Source: Geosiphon pyriformis uo1 (taxonomy: Eukaryota; Fungi; Glomeromycota). From it: DNA of 64,000 nucleotides. A model generated the notes under the pieces. The model did no database searches, was not told the DNA's origin, and saw only the letters and a list, made by a program, of their open reading frames with translations. A program made the translations under genes and the position numbers. Positions 1 to 13,500 of the stretch are shown in pieces (positions within the stretch are counted from its first letter, which is position 1; each line of letters opens with the position of its first letter). The stretch lies in contig JAAOMT010000766.1 in the NCBI GenBank assembly GCA_016748015.1, forward strand, positions 24,005 to 88,004, written 5' to 3'.

Positions 1-3000
1 TATTAATAGTTATAATTAAGAATTATTGTTTTAATATTATTAATAACATTTAAGTAATATTATTAAAATTAATAAAAAGTAATTAAATTTTAATAAAACA
101 AGTATAAATTTATAAAATTTGACTTATAAGAATATAAATAATAATTTTATTTTATAAGTAATATTATAAATCTATTTAAAAAAAACTGAACTCAATTATA
201 TAATTTACAATAAGTTGTAAAACAACAAAAACTAAATATAAAAATTGTTTATTAAAAATAGCTTTTTTTGATTTATATTTAATTAAGATTTTTAATTAAA
301 TTATATTATTATAATTACACTAATTATTAATTTTTTTTTTGTTATTAATTAATTTTAATATTAATTTTTATAACATATATTAAAAATTTTTACATAAAAA
401 GCTGGTTTTTTATTTATTTATAATAATATTATAATAATTTTTAAAATTTTAAATTATTAATTCTTAGACTACAATAAAAATTAAGATAAATTGCTAAAAT
501 ATTTTACTTTTTTTTTATTTAGTTTTTTTGTAAACTATTTTTGTTAATATTTTTTTATTCATAACAATAGATTTGGTAAACTTTTTTTTTTAATAATTCA
601 AACATAAAAAACTAATATAATATTTATGTCTTTTATAATATAAACTTATAATATTATTTTAATTGGCTTAAATAATTAATTACATATAAAAAATACATAA
701 ATTATATTTATTTTAAAATCTAGTTTAATTATATTATAGTTGTTAAACCAAATAAATAAAAAAATTAAATATTATTATATTTAATATTATTTAGTATTAA
801 TAAATTAAACAAATTTTTTAAGTATAAATTTAAGTTTTAAATAAAAAATTAATTTATATTATTTTGTATTTAAACCAATTAATTTTAAATTTTTAAAATA
901 TAAAAAAAATATAAAAAAATATAAAAAAATAATATTAATATTTATTAAAATTTATAATTTAGCACATATAAGATAAATTTAAAAATATTTAAATAATAAT
1001 TAAAATACAAAGTATTTAAAATATTAACATAAAAATTATAATCAATTTATATATTAAAAAAAATAAAAAAGCTGTATTTTTTTATTATTTAAAATAATTG
1101 GTAATTTTTTTTATTAATAAAGCACTAATAACTATAAAAACTGTTTAATAATACTTTGTAAAAATACTTTTTTAAAAAAATAGTAGTTAATTAGTTTTTT
1201 ATTGTTTTAAACTCATTTTTTTTATTTTTAAACAAAAGTTTTTTTTCAAAATTTCTTTAAAGTAGTTTATTTAGAATAGTTTTAATATGGTTTTTGTTTT
1301 TTTTTAAAAGTCTCAAAATATTTAATAAAAAGCCAATAACCAAATTATTTTTTTTGTTTTTATTATAGTTGTTTAAATAGCAAAAAACAATGTTAAATAT
1401 TTTTTTTGCTTTGGTTTTTTTGTTTTTTTTTGGCTTTTTAATTAATTTTGTATTATTAGTATTAATTATAGTATTTAATATTATTGTAATTATAAATAAA
1501 AATATTTTTTATATTTTAAATAACAATAAAAATATGTTAACCAATTTTAATTTAAATTAGTTTTTAGTTATATTTTTTAATATATTAATTTTTAACCAAT
1601 TTTTATTGGTTTTAAAAACAAAATAAAACATATTTTTATATATTTTTTTAACCAATTAACTTATTAAATTATCTGATTTTAAATATTAGATTAACTAAAT
1701 AAAAACTGAATTAATTATTTTTTTTTGTTTTTTGGTACTGTTTTTAATAATATTTAAAAAATAATTACAAATTTTTTGAATAAATAGTTTTTATTTTAGT
1801 ATTTAATACTATTTTTAAGATTAAACTGGTTTTTGTTAATTTTTTATTAAAGTTACTATTTGGTTTTATTAAACTTAAATTTATTTTAAAAGACAATATT
1901 AAATTGTTTTATATATATTTTGTTTTTAAAAATTTTTTGGCTATTATTATTAAAATTGTTATTGATAAATTTGTTTTTTTAATTATATTTGAAATTACAA
2001 AGTTTTTTGTAATAATTTTTGCTTTTTTTTTTGTTATAAATGTTTTTTATAATGTTATTTTAATTAAATTAAAGCTTATAAATTTATAATAATATGTTAT
2101 TGTTTATTTAAAGACTTTTTTTTTGCTATTGTTATTTTTATTTACTAATCTGTATTAATTAAAAAAAACAGCATTAAAATTTTTTTTACTTAATCAAAAA
2201 AAGTTATTATTGTAAAAAACAATTTTAAAACCAAATTAATTAATTTTTTTTTGATAATACAATCTTTAAAATTAATAATCTGATTTTTTAGATTAATAAT
2301 TGTATATTTTTTACTTTTTTGATTTTTATTGTTATTAATGTTTTATTATTGTAATTTTTAATTCTTTGGAAATCTTAAATTTTATAGTTTTAAAAACTGG
2401 TATTTTATATAAGTATTATATTTAATAAAAAACTTTTGTATATTATTATTGTTAAATTATTTAGCCATAAATTATAAAGTCTCTTATTTCTTTTTTTTAA
2501 GTTTGTTTTTAAATTTATTAATAGCTTTAAATATTTTAATTTATTATTTATTGGTATAAAATTTATGTTAAAGTTTTTGTCTTTTTAACTTTTTTTATTG
2601 TTGTGTCTTAGATTATTTTAACTGTTAATTTTGTAATTAATTTTAAATTAAATTTTTGCAATTTTAAATCTTTAATTTGGGTGTGTTGATTAAATTTATA
2701 ATTAAGTTAATTAGTTTTTTGGTTATTTTGGTTAATTTTTTTTTGGCTAAAAATATACACAAAAATTTTAAGATAAAAAAAAATTTAATATATTATTAAA
2801 AATTTTAATTAAAAGTAGAATTTGGTAATATAAACAATAATAATTAAGTAATATTAAAATTTTTTTTAAGTAATACAATTATTGAATATTTAATAATATT
2901 ATTATAAATATATAATTTTAATATTAAGTATAATATTAAAAAAATTAAATTGTTTTAAAGTAAATTTGTTTTTAATAGCTAAATTTAAATAGTTTCATAA

Positions 3001-3900
3001 ATAAATTTAATGAATTAAATTTACTTCTAGCTTTTTTTAATTTAATTTAATTTGTATCTTAATTAATTTAAATAATTAATTAATATAAAAAATACATGAT
3101 TTATATATAATTTAAAACTTTTAATATTAAATAATAATTAGATTATATTTATTAAAAAAATAATATATATTATACTAAAAAACCAAATTAAGATTTTATA
3201 TAAAAAAATTTTTATAAAGAAAATAAAACAAATTTATATTGTTTTTTTAAATAAAAATTAGTTATAATTATATATTTAAAATAATTTTTTTTTAAAAACA
3301 TATTACTTATTAAAATTTAAATTAATACATATAAAATATATTCAAAAATAATTAAACAACAGCTAAAATTACATAATATTTAAAATATTAACATAAAAAT
3401 CTACAATCATTTTATGTTATACCAAAAAATTAAACTAAAATTTTCACAAAATGATTTTTGTAAAAAAGATAAGACAACTTTGTATTGTTTTTTTAAATAA
3501 TTTTTATGTAATAATCACATTTAAATACTAAACTCAAACCAGTATGTATAAAGTAGGCCTAAAATATTTAAATAACAGTATTCAAAATATTAGCATAAAA
3601 ATTTATATTATGCCAAAAAACTAAATTAAAATTTTTTTATATAAGATGGTTTTTGTCAAAAAAGGTGAAATTTGTATTGTTTTTCTTAAATAGCTTTTAT
3701 GTAAAAATTCTTTACAATTACACATCAGATAAAACAAATGTTGAAAAACAAATAACAGTTTTAATAAACAATAATCTTAAACACACAAGCTATTTAATCA
3801 AATGTTTTATATTAATAATAAAAAATAAAATAATGTGCTTTTTATCAAGCATTGAGTAATTTTTGATTGGTTATTATTATGTACATGTATTTAAAAGAGT
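1..3900. other. Extremely AT-rich decayed repeat/TE relic
   Basis: Almost no G/C and essentially no CpG; no credible ORF; looks like the end-state of the C>T/G>A decay seen in the TEs downstream. Confidence 0.55.
3160..3720 (+). repeat. Degenerate tandem repeat, ~190-250 bp unit, 3 copies (related copy at ~940-1090)
   Basis: Recurring tat(a/g)c(c/t)aaaaaa..aaatt...aaatttgtattgttttt(c)ttaaata at ~3171, ~3418 and ~3609; aatattaacataaaaat also at ~1020 and ~3384. Confidence 0.6.
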
Positions 3901-3960
3901 ATTTTAATATCCTTAGAATTCAGAATTATTTGCATAGGCAGAATAGAAAGTCTCGAACTT

Positions 3961-4022
3961 GGGACCAGCATGCATATAGAGAGTATGCACTTATAGAGTG
4001 CACTTATGAAGGTATCACTGTA
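3961..4022 (-). mobile_element. Single terminal inverted repeat of a pogo/Tigger-like (Tc1-mariner) element
   Basis: Minus strand reads TA|CAGTGATACCTTCATAAGTGCACTCTATAAGTGCATACTCTCTATATG...GGTCCC: TA target, CAGT terminus, subterminal ATAAGTGCA repeats. No partner TIR recognised. Confidence 0.45.
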
Positions 4023-4258
4023 ATCAAATATTTTTACTTTTAAAAGAAAAAATTATTGTTTTTTTGGGTGAAAATCTTTTCGAGACATTTTGCAATTAAT
4101 CTTAGCTTTCGACATGGTCGAAAGATTAACCAAAGCAAGAACCATCTCTGTATCTTTATTATTCCGAAACTCCAAAGTTCACCGACAAATTTACGGGAAT
4201 ATTAAATATAATGTGGTTTAAAAAACGCTGTTTTCAATAATTCGCTTCAAAATAATTA

Positions 4259-7011
4259 TCAAAGAAATTCTTCTAGGGAGAATTCTAATGCAGAACAAGG
4301 ATACACTAAGGCATAGTTTTCCAAGACTTTAGGATGGAGGATGCCGAAGCTACCGATTTTACGGTTTATGGTTGATGACTTACGCAAAAAGATATCGGCG
4401 GTACGTTTTGGAAAATAGGTGGGATCTAATTAAATAAAATAAAGACAAGTTTAAGTTATCTATTCTTTCTAAATAAAAATTTTCTCAAGCATTTGAGGAA
4501 TTTCCATGGAGTACTTTCCAAACTATAAAACAACAACTTTTACCATGAAAAAGATGGTATGTCTGCCTGATTTCCAATTCTTATAATGTGAAACCATGAT
4601 AAAAAGGTTACTTTTAAGCTTACCTGATGACTCTCTTATAAAATATCCACTCTCATCACCGGAAGGATCAACGAGCTTCTCATGAAGCATGTTTAGCAAA
4701 AGATTTAAAAGTCCATGAATTACCTATCAAACAAATAAATTACCATCGTAATTTAAAATCACACACAGACCCTTAAAAAAAACACAAACCTCAAACCCAG
4801 AAGTCTTGTTACAATAAATCGCGCAAACTTTTCTTTCATTCCTGGCCCGTCGTTCTTGTGAGTCATCTTTATATACAACATCAGAAACTTCGAATAATTT
4901 GATAGGCAATGGATGCTTTTTATTTTCTCTCAAGGTCTTTAATACACCTGGTAAAAGAGAGGTACGAACAACCTGGTATTCAGCAGTTTTTGGATTTGCT
5001 AATTTAACAGCAGAGGTTCCGTTGTCCTCCTTATTAAGATATGCAAAATTTTCATCATGGGAACACTAGTAGATTTGGTAAAATAAATAATAAGATAAAA
5101 ACTTAAGTTTAATTTGCATTATGGAAGGGTATTATAAAAGAAATCCGTTTTTACCAAAATTAACGGTAAAACCTCCGTCCAACCGGCAAGCGCTAATTCT
5201 CTTCTCACCAAATCACAGAGTTTATTTATTGGTAAAGCCTTTCCGACTGTTGCACTGCTTGGGAAGGTCTTTGGAATGTTATTGAAACCATAAGCTATAG
5301 CTACGTCTTCCATTATGTCACAAGCATGTAATATGTCAGCTCTTGTAGGTGGAATCTCAACTTTAATTTTTTCTTCTTGATCGGATGAAATAATAGCGGA
5401 AAGAGACATGCGGTTCAATAGGGAAATTATTTCTTTTCCAGGGAGATTTAATCCAGTACAAGCATTGATATAATTAATATTAGCATCCATTACACGTGGT
5501 TTAAGGTCTGGATAAACACGTGACGTTCCATCCGGGTATACAACTTGAACTGGTTCAACACTGGATGATAAGAGAATGATACAATTATTGAAAAAGCATT
5601 TATGGATTTTCTCTGCGCTTCATTAAAACTTAACTTACGTGAACTTTTCGCTGCAATACACAGAAAACATTGTAACAATTGTATTCAATACAATATTAGC
5701 CTTGGTTAAATCTGTTGCGGTACATTCAATTAACACATCCTTGGTGTTCAAAGTAATTTTTGATCTATCTCCGTTAATTATGGGAGGTAAGGAGCATATG
5801 ACATGATTTGCATCATAAATCACTGGGTAGACTGGAAAATCACGAATAATGTGAAGGAACTTTCCAAGGTGTTTGTCTGTCTATCGTATTGAATAATAAA
5901 AGGAAAAATAGGTTATTATTATCACAATGATATGATTTGATCATGATGAGTGTCTCTTACTACATTCCTCATAGAGTTTCATTAATTCCTCTCCATTAAA
6001 AGATTTTGTTTGATTTAAAGGTGTGAAACAAATTTCCTTGGGTGGTCGTGCTTCATAAGAAAAGGGTCCCTTTATGGTGGTGAGATCGTGAGTCCCAATC
6101 GCAACGAGGGTACGCTTTCTTTGGAAAGACCAAAATTTTTTAATTAATTCAAAAAAAAATACATTGATTGTAACCCGAAAAATACCTGCAGATATTATTA
6201 TGTAATTTTTCTTGCAAATCGATAAAGTTATTGTAAGACCTTTCGGTGAAGCTAATATTTCTCAAAATAGCCGCGACTACATACGGTCTGATTTGTGCCA
6301 TCTTTTTTTTAAAAAACAAAATTTCATGTTCAAAAGAAATTTATCGAAAAATTGAGTTAAATGCCTTATTAATATATTGATTTCGATCATAAATAAGAGA
6401 TAACGTACCTCCGATCGAATAAAAATTTTTTCCAGTAGTCCATTTTTGGGCTCAACCACATGATACATGGGTGGTTTCGCTTTTTCTTGGAAAATTAATA
6501 AGGCACGAGATATCCCTTCTTGACAAAGAAGATCATATCTGGATAAATCATTTTTGAAGCAATCAACGAAGATGAGTTTCATATCTACAAAATTCTGGAT
6601 TTCAGGGCGAAACTATTAAACTAACCTATTAGCGGGTATATCAATCTTCAAAATTGCTCTATCAGAGGTAGACTCGGCTTTGGCGGCGCCGACTTCTTTA
6701 CTTAAAATTTCTTTTTCAGACGTCTGACTTAGACAAATTGTAGCGAATTATGATTAAATTGCTCAAGTTTTGAAGTGGGATTAGGAAATATTTTAACTCA
6801 CATCTTCCTCTAGTTCTATTCCGAATTCAAAGCATACTTCACGAAATTCTTCTGTAGCTTATTAAATGAAAGAGAAAAAAGATTGCATAATAGTGATTAA
6901 ACCAGTCTTTGGAACAATCACCAGACATTTTAACATGAGACCTCGCTTCTTACAATATTGTTTTCCAAGTGTTTGAAAAAGTACTTCCTTATCAACATTA
7001 ACAGTGGGCAT
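4259..7011 (-). CDS. FRS1: Phenylalanine--tRNA ligase beta subunit (multi-exon)
   Basis: ATG at 7011 ([19 protein letters not shown]); exon motifs [68 protein letters not shown]; ends [14 protein letters not shown] at 4259. Confidence 0.95.
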
Positions 7012-7241
7012 GGCTTGCAAAGTTGTGGGTCCTGTATTTACTAATTCGAATCTGTAATTGATAATTGAACATCTTTAACACTCTTCCTATGATTGGTCAA
7101 AGAAATCTTAAAACCTATGAAAAAGTTATAGGCCATTTTTCTTTCTCCCTTTTCTTTAGTAGTGCTTCTTTGATTTAAGATTTTTTCTTGAGCTCTTTAT
7201 TTTCATAAGAAATTTAGATCCTTTAGTGATTCCCAGATAAA
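7012..7241. promoter_or_regulatory. Bidirectional promoter shared by FRS1 and RPS22
   Basis: Only 230 bp between the two divergent start codons. Confidence 0.6.
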
Positions 7242-8142
7242 ATGGTCAGAGTATCAGTATTGGTATGTATATTAGTGGATTGTACCTTTACAAGAAAGAC
7301 AAAAATGATTTGCTTATTTGGTTTTGTAATCTGTTAATCTGTATATGTTAGAATGACGCTCTCAATAACATTGTTAATGCCGAGAAGCGAGGCAAGCGTC
7401 AAGTACTTATAAGACCCTCCTCGAAGGTAGTCGTCAAGTTTTTACTCGTAATGCAAAAACATGGTAACCTATTTTTCATTTATTACATTAAGTAAAAATA
7501 AAAAATACAACTTTTGGGATCGAAGTTATAACTGGATGAAAGTCTTTATTCTTTGGTTGACTTTTATTTTTTAATGCTTCGATAGATAAAATTATTGCAA
7601 TGTACTTACACGCCGTGAACTTATTAATTTATGGGCCCGGCGTTTAATATATTGCTACACGACGTTCATTTAAACTCAGAAAAAGCCTGATTTAATATTT
7701 TTTCTGCCAAATATAGGTTATATTGGCGAATTTGAGGAAATTGATGATCACCGTTCAGGAAAAATCGTTATTCAACTTAATGGTCGTCTAAATAAGTGTG
7801 GTGTCATCTCACCACGATTTAATGTCAAATTGGAAGATGTTGAAAAGTGGGTCAATAACTTGTTACCTTCTCGTCAATTTGGATTCTTGGGTTTGTTTTT
7901 CCCTTAATTTTATTGAATCCTTTTTTTGGGCAAAATTTTGTTGATAGTCGAGCTCACTGAATTAATTTCATTGTAATAGTTTTTACCACCAGTTCCGGTA
8001 TCATTGACCATCACGAAGCCAGAAGAAAACACACCGGCGGAAAAATTCTTGGTGGGTTCTTGAATACTCCTACCTTTTAAGCTTTACTTTATTTTGCACA
8101 CCTTTTTAATAATTAACTATATTTATAGGTTATTTCTATTGA
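7242..8142 (+). CDS. RPS22: 40S ribosomal protein S22/S15A (uS8), 5 exons
   Basis: Spliced reading MVRVSVL|[38 protein letters not shown]|[34 protein letters not shown]...GGKILG|YFY-TGA with GT-AG introns; missed by the ORF track. Confidence 0.96.
7519..7662 (+). ncRNA. snR44: Box H/ACA snoRNA, snR44 orthologue, in RPS22 intron 2
   Basis: Hairpin 1 (ATCGAAG...CTTCGAT), H box AGATAA at 7584-7589, hairpin 2 (GCAAT...ATTGC with CGCCG/CGGCG), ACA at 7657-7659. Pockets are complementary to SSU CAUUAAA-U-CAGUUAU and LSU UUAAA-U-AUGUAAG, the yeast snR44 targets (18S U106, 25S U1056). Confidence 0.9.
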
Positions 8143-8299
8143 AAAACACGTTAAATCTAGCTTGAATTTATATATTCATTAATATTATTAAAGCACTAGA
8201 GTACTTAATATTAAATGGAATTATTATCGTGAACCAGCTATAGTTTATTAAAAGGGAGAATTTCTTGCCACGGCACTTAGCTAGGAAATATTGCGCAAT

Positions 8300-10098
8300 T
8301 CAATGCGTTTGCAAATCTTCCAAATACCCAGGAATTTCCTCAACCCCCATATTAATTATATCTTCCAAGGCTTGCTCGATAATTTTTACACCTTCCAATA
8401 ACTCATCTTCACTAATACAAAGAGGTGGAGCCAAACGAATGATATTATTATGGGTTGGCTTAGCCAATAAACCCCTACTTTTGAGCAGCAAGCATAGCTG
8501 CCAGGCGGTTTTCTCAAACTTTGTTTCATCAATAACAATTGCGTTTAATAGACCACGTCCTCGAACAATTTTCAAAAGAGGTGAGTTAATCTGGCTAAGA
8601 GCTGAACGAAACCTTTCTCCAAGAAGTGCAGATTTTTCAACAAGTCCCTCGTCCCTAATAACCTCTAGCGCTGCAATGGCAACGGCACAACCCAGTGGAT
8701 TTCCGCCAAATGTTGAGCCATGTTCTCCGGGTTGAATTGATAACATAATTTCCTTATCAGCCAAAACAGCTGATACTGGATATACACCACCTGATAAAGC
8801 CTTGCCGAGTAGAAGGATGTCAGGACGTACATTTTCATGTTCGCAACAGATCATCTTGCCCGTACGTCCAAGACCAGTTTGAATTTCATCGGCAATGAAC
8901 AGAACATTATGTTGTTTGCAAAGGTCGTAACATTTTTTTAAATATCCTTCATCTGGGATATTTATGCTATAAACATGAAATTCAACGAATACGATATAAA
9001 TTATGAAAGAGCTTTGATTGAGCACGAAATATTACTTCATTATAAGAGAAATAGCCTACCCTGCCTCCCCTTGAATGGGTTCGATCAAGAATCCGGCCAC
9101 ATGTTTTCCGTGAGCATTCAGAGCATCTTCTAAATCTTTCACAGAATTGTAGTGTAAGGTGCCACCACCTGCTGGACAAATTGCTCCGGAATTTGGAAGG
9201 TAAGGACCGAACCCTCTTCTTGAATCCGGATCAGTGGACAGGGAGATGATGGCGGTGGTGCGACCATGAAAATTATTGGTACAACAGAGGATAATACCTT
9301 GGTTATCGGGAATGCCTTTCTTCAAATACCCCCATTTACGAGCCAATTTGATCCCGGTTTCCACTGCCTCCGCACCAGTGTTCATTGGCAGAACCATCTC
9401 ATATCCAAAGCACTAATAAATGGGAATAAAGAACAAACAAGCTTAAAGAGCTATTACATAATATTTGATAATATCGTCAACGTTTGAAAATCGAGAAACT
9501 ACCCCTGCTGTCTCGAATCCAAGTTAACTTTTGATTTTATTGCATTGTATTATACTATAATGTTCATTGTAACCAATTTTACAAAATCTTTTTTAGTATT
9601 TAATTTGACCTCAAAATTACCCAATTATATAAAAGGTTGAATTTTGATTTCATTTTCCTTCAAAACTATATTTACTATTTTTTTTGGATAAAACTGTATT
9701 TACCTCAGTTATATATTTAGCATACCTCCCAAAAACCTCATTGTGAAAGGCCCTTGAGCTTATGCAAAGTTTTTGAGCTTGAGCACATAACTCCCTTACG
9801 ATCTTTGGGTGACAATGCCCCTGATTGAGGCTGGAATAACCCGAAAGAAAGTCAAGATATTTATTTCCTTCAGGATCCCATATATGAACGCCTTGACCTT
9901 TGGAGAATACCACGGGAAGAGGATGATAACTAATCAAATCAATATATAAATATATATGCTGTATATTAGTGTCAAATAATAACAAGTATTTGGCACCACG
10001 AATAACTATATTAGAAGGTCTTACTTGTGAGCCCCATGTTTCCTATCCAAATTAATGCAATCTTGAGAACTCAAGGGCGTATTATTATTCAAAGCCAT
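8300..10098 (-). CDS. CAR2: Ornithine aminotransferase (PLP class III), 4 exons
   Basis: [25 protein letters not shown]|YHPLPVVF...[81 protein letters not shown]. Confidence 0.95.
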
Positions 10099-10529
10099 TT
10101 GTAAATTCGAACCGTCAAATTTTTCTGACAAAAATAACGAAGGGAAAAGAGTGAATATAGTTTCCTCGTGGGAAATTTATGTCGAGTGAAGTTGCCTATT
10201 TTATATATATTTAATTCTTTAATTTCTAAAATTGAATGAATAAATAAATAGATAGTTTATCCTATATTTGTTTTTCAAATATTAATATCTTTTTTGGCAT
10301 AAGTTATGTATGTTAAATGAAATTACATGTATTGTAATTAATAGTGTTATATAATTTAAAATTGCAACTTATTTTTAAATTGTTAATAATTAAAAAAAGA
10401 TTATTTATATAAATATTTTCTGTTATTTTATTGATTGTGTTTTTTGTTTATAATAAAATATTTACAATTATTAATTGAAAATAAATTATTTATATTTCAA
10501 TTTTTTTTGTAGTTTAATAATAATAGTAA

Positions 10530-13500
10530 AAAACTTCTTTTTTTCTTATATTCATATTTCCCAAAGAGCATACTTTTAAAAAAGAAGTTTTTTGTTTTTA
10601 TCTTGTTATTTTTTATTATTATTTCTCAACTCAATAATCTGCTTTCAGTGGTAATATATCAAAAAAGAAAATGCCCAAAAGGGTTTTCTCTAGTTCTGCT
10701 AAAGGGTCTTTTTCTCAGAAGAAAAAAGTTGTTCTTGGTAATATTAAGCACTTTGGTAATAAAAAAAATATAGCACTGGTTAAGTTTAGTTCTGATAGTT
10801 TATATTTGAATGCTAATAGTAAGTCTAACAGTAATGAAAACAGTAACATAATAGAATATGTCAACAATAGATCTATTCTGGATTCAGTAATTACTATTTT
10901 CAAAGCCAAAAAAGTAAATACTGGTGTGATTTAAAGCTTTTTTTTGGCTTCCTCAATTTTGACATAGATAAAGAAGTCTTGTCTTTCTTTGTTTTCATTA
11001 ATATTTTTCTAAACAATAGATAGATTAATCTCAAGATTGTTAAGACTCAGTTGAAAGTGGCAGTTAGGAAATTTTTTGCTTTAAACATTGATCTTTTGGC
11101 AGTAAAAGACAAATCAACAACAATAAAAATACAAGTAATCAGGAATTTTTTTTCAGTAATCAATAGTTTTAAAAGAGCTACTACTTTCTCAAAATTTGAA
11201 GAGATTATTAAATTAATATTTACTTTAAAAATAAGCTTAGAAAAGACCATATTATTGATCAGAGAAAAAAACATTATTGTAAACAGCAATTTTAAAAAAC
11301 AAGAAATCAGATCAAATTAAGTTGTGGTTATCAAAAAAATTCTCATAGATATACTAAAAAATATGATTATTACTACAGTATTTAAGTTTGAACAAATTAA
11401 GTTAATTAAAATACAACTAATTAAGATGTGGCAAAAAGCTATGATAGAATTTGCTAAATCAGATTAAGCTGTATATTTAGCATTTAAATAGTTATTTTTA
11501 ATTAGGAAAAATTCAGTACATGTAACTATAGCTATGGAAAATTGTAATACTTAGATGTTTAAAAATTACTTTAAGACATTTTTGTTTATCTTACTTATAA
11601 GAATAATTGTTTATAATCTTTGAATTTTTTTGGAAAAAGCCAATAGAAAAACTTGTATTATTAATTGTTCATTGAATACTCACAATAAGGTTTACTGTAT
11701 TATAATTGGCTTTAAATCTAATAAAGAATTGGAATCTGCTTTTTATATAAAACCAATTTTTGGTAATGTAAAACTTTTATAAACTAGATTAAATCTGGTT
11801 TGGTGTGATTAATGTGGAAAACTTGGTTATTTTGCTTTAAAATATAATACAACAAATGTATTTATTCCTAAGCTTTTAAGGCCAATTTAAAAAAACTAAT
11901 TCAGATACAAGTCATTTTTAGCTAGCCAAGCTATATGCCAAGAAAAATGTTCTTATCTCTTGTTCTGCTGTCTTTGGTAGTAAAACTTGGATTCAAGTAG
12001 TCTTAATAGCATCTGTATTTTATAATTCATTCTCTGGTTTTGGTTTTCCTCTTTCTAGTGCCTTAAGTTTTAATAAAAAGTATCATTTCACCTTAATTAA
12101 TAATCTTTTTCTAAATATCCATTTGGCATTTTTGGAATTTTTCTTAGAGCTTTTGGCAAATCAAGTGTTTAGCATAGTACATAAGCTTAACAATGTGAAT
12201 TTGGTGTCTTTAACTTCTTTTTTTTTTTCTCATGTCTTGGCTAGTTTAATAACTGCTAATATGAATTTGAATTTAGATATAGTATTAGATAGTTCAAAGT
12301 TTGTGCTTCTGTTTTTCTTTTTGGTTATTGCTGAATTTTTAGTTTTAAGTTTAAGTAGTTTAAAAGTTTTAACTATTAAGATAGACAGTTTAAAATCAAA
12401 ATTGGTGGCTTTTGAAATTTTTGTCAATTCTGTTTTGGTAAAATTAGATCAGTTGTATACTGGCTCAAATTTTCTGGTATATTCTTCATCTTAATAAATA
12501 ATTTTGTCTGAAAGATTACTATATATAATGTTAAGAATATAAACAATTTGGCCAAATAGGAAGATATAATTAGGTAGTACAAGAATTCTGGCAATTGGGT
12601 TTTTTTTCTTATTAAAACCAAGCTAAAAGATCAATCTAGATCTTGAATTAAAGACAAATTTCAGAGTGTAAAAGTTTTTGTTTCTGAATTGAATATTGGC
12701 TATATGAATGCTAAAATAACAATAATGTTAAATGAGTCTTTGACTTGTTATTTGTGCAAAGTTTTTGAGATTTTGAAATGTTTTATTTTGATATATTTGC
12801 TGTTTAATAATAAATACTCTGTTATATTGATTGGTTTATATACTGGTACTTTGGCTAATATGCAGTTTATTCAAGCCAATGAGGTAAACTTTTTTATTAT
12901 TAAGGCAATCAATTCAAGCTTTTATGTTATATTAAGTAATAATTTCAATGAAAATAGGAAAAGACACAATGCAAGCTTCAAAAAATACTTTAATCTGAGA
13001 TTGTACAACTCTTTTTTAAGTGGATCAGCTTCCAAATTCTTGATTTGATGCAATTTCTGGGGTGTAGAGAAGATTATTAACTACATTTTTGTTAATGAAC
13101 ATTTCTTATCTTTAATAATGATCTAATATGTTAATAGTGTGTTTGAATCTTAGTAATTTAAATACTATGTAAAAGATTTTAAGAAAGGTAATGGCTAATT
13201 TAGCAGATAAAATTCTTTTTAGATACTGCTACAATAAATTTAAGTTCAGAAGAAATGGTTAATTTTCAAGATTTTATAATTTAGAATTACTTATATTAAA
13301 AATAGTAAAGAAAGTAAGTGTAAATAGTAAATCTGGTTTTGATTATCTTATGAGAAAATGGTCTAATTTAGATAATAGGAAGGCTTTTAATATTGATATT
13401 ATAATTTGTAACAATAAAAATATAAATAAGGTTCTAAAGCAGCTATTTTTAATTAAAAAAAAATACAGGAAATTAAAGTATTATGAGTTAAAAACAGCCA

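Noticed and set aside
1904-2089. Hydrophobic 61-aa ORF (and 3653..3859)
   Set aside because: F/I/K/N-rich compositional artefacts of AT-rich decayed DNA.
1-3900. Organellar or endobacterial DNA insertion
   Set aside because: No recognisable organellar or bacterial gene motifs; composition fits repeat decay.
8265-8735. 156-aa plus-strand ORF
   Set aside because: Antisense shadow of the CAR2 last exon.
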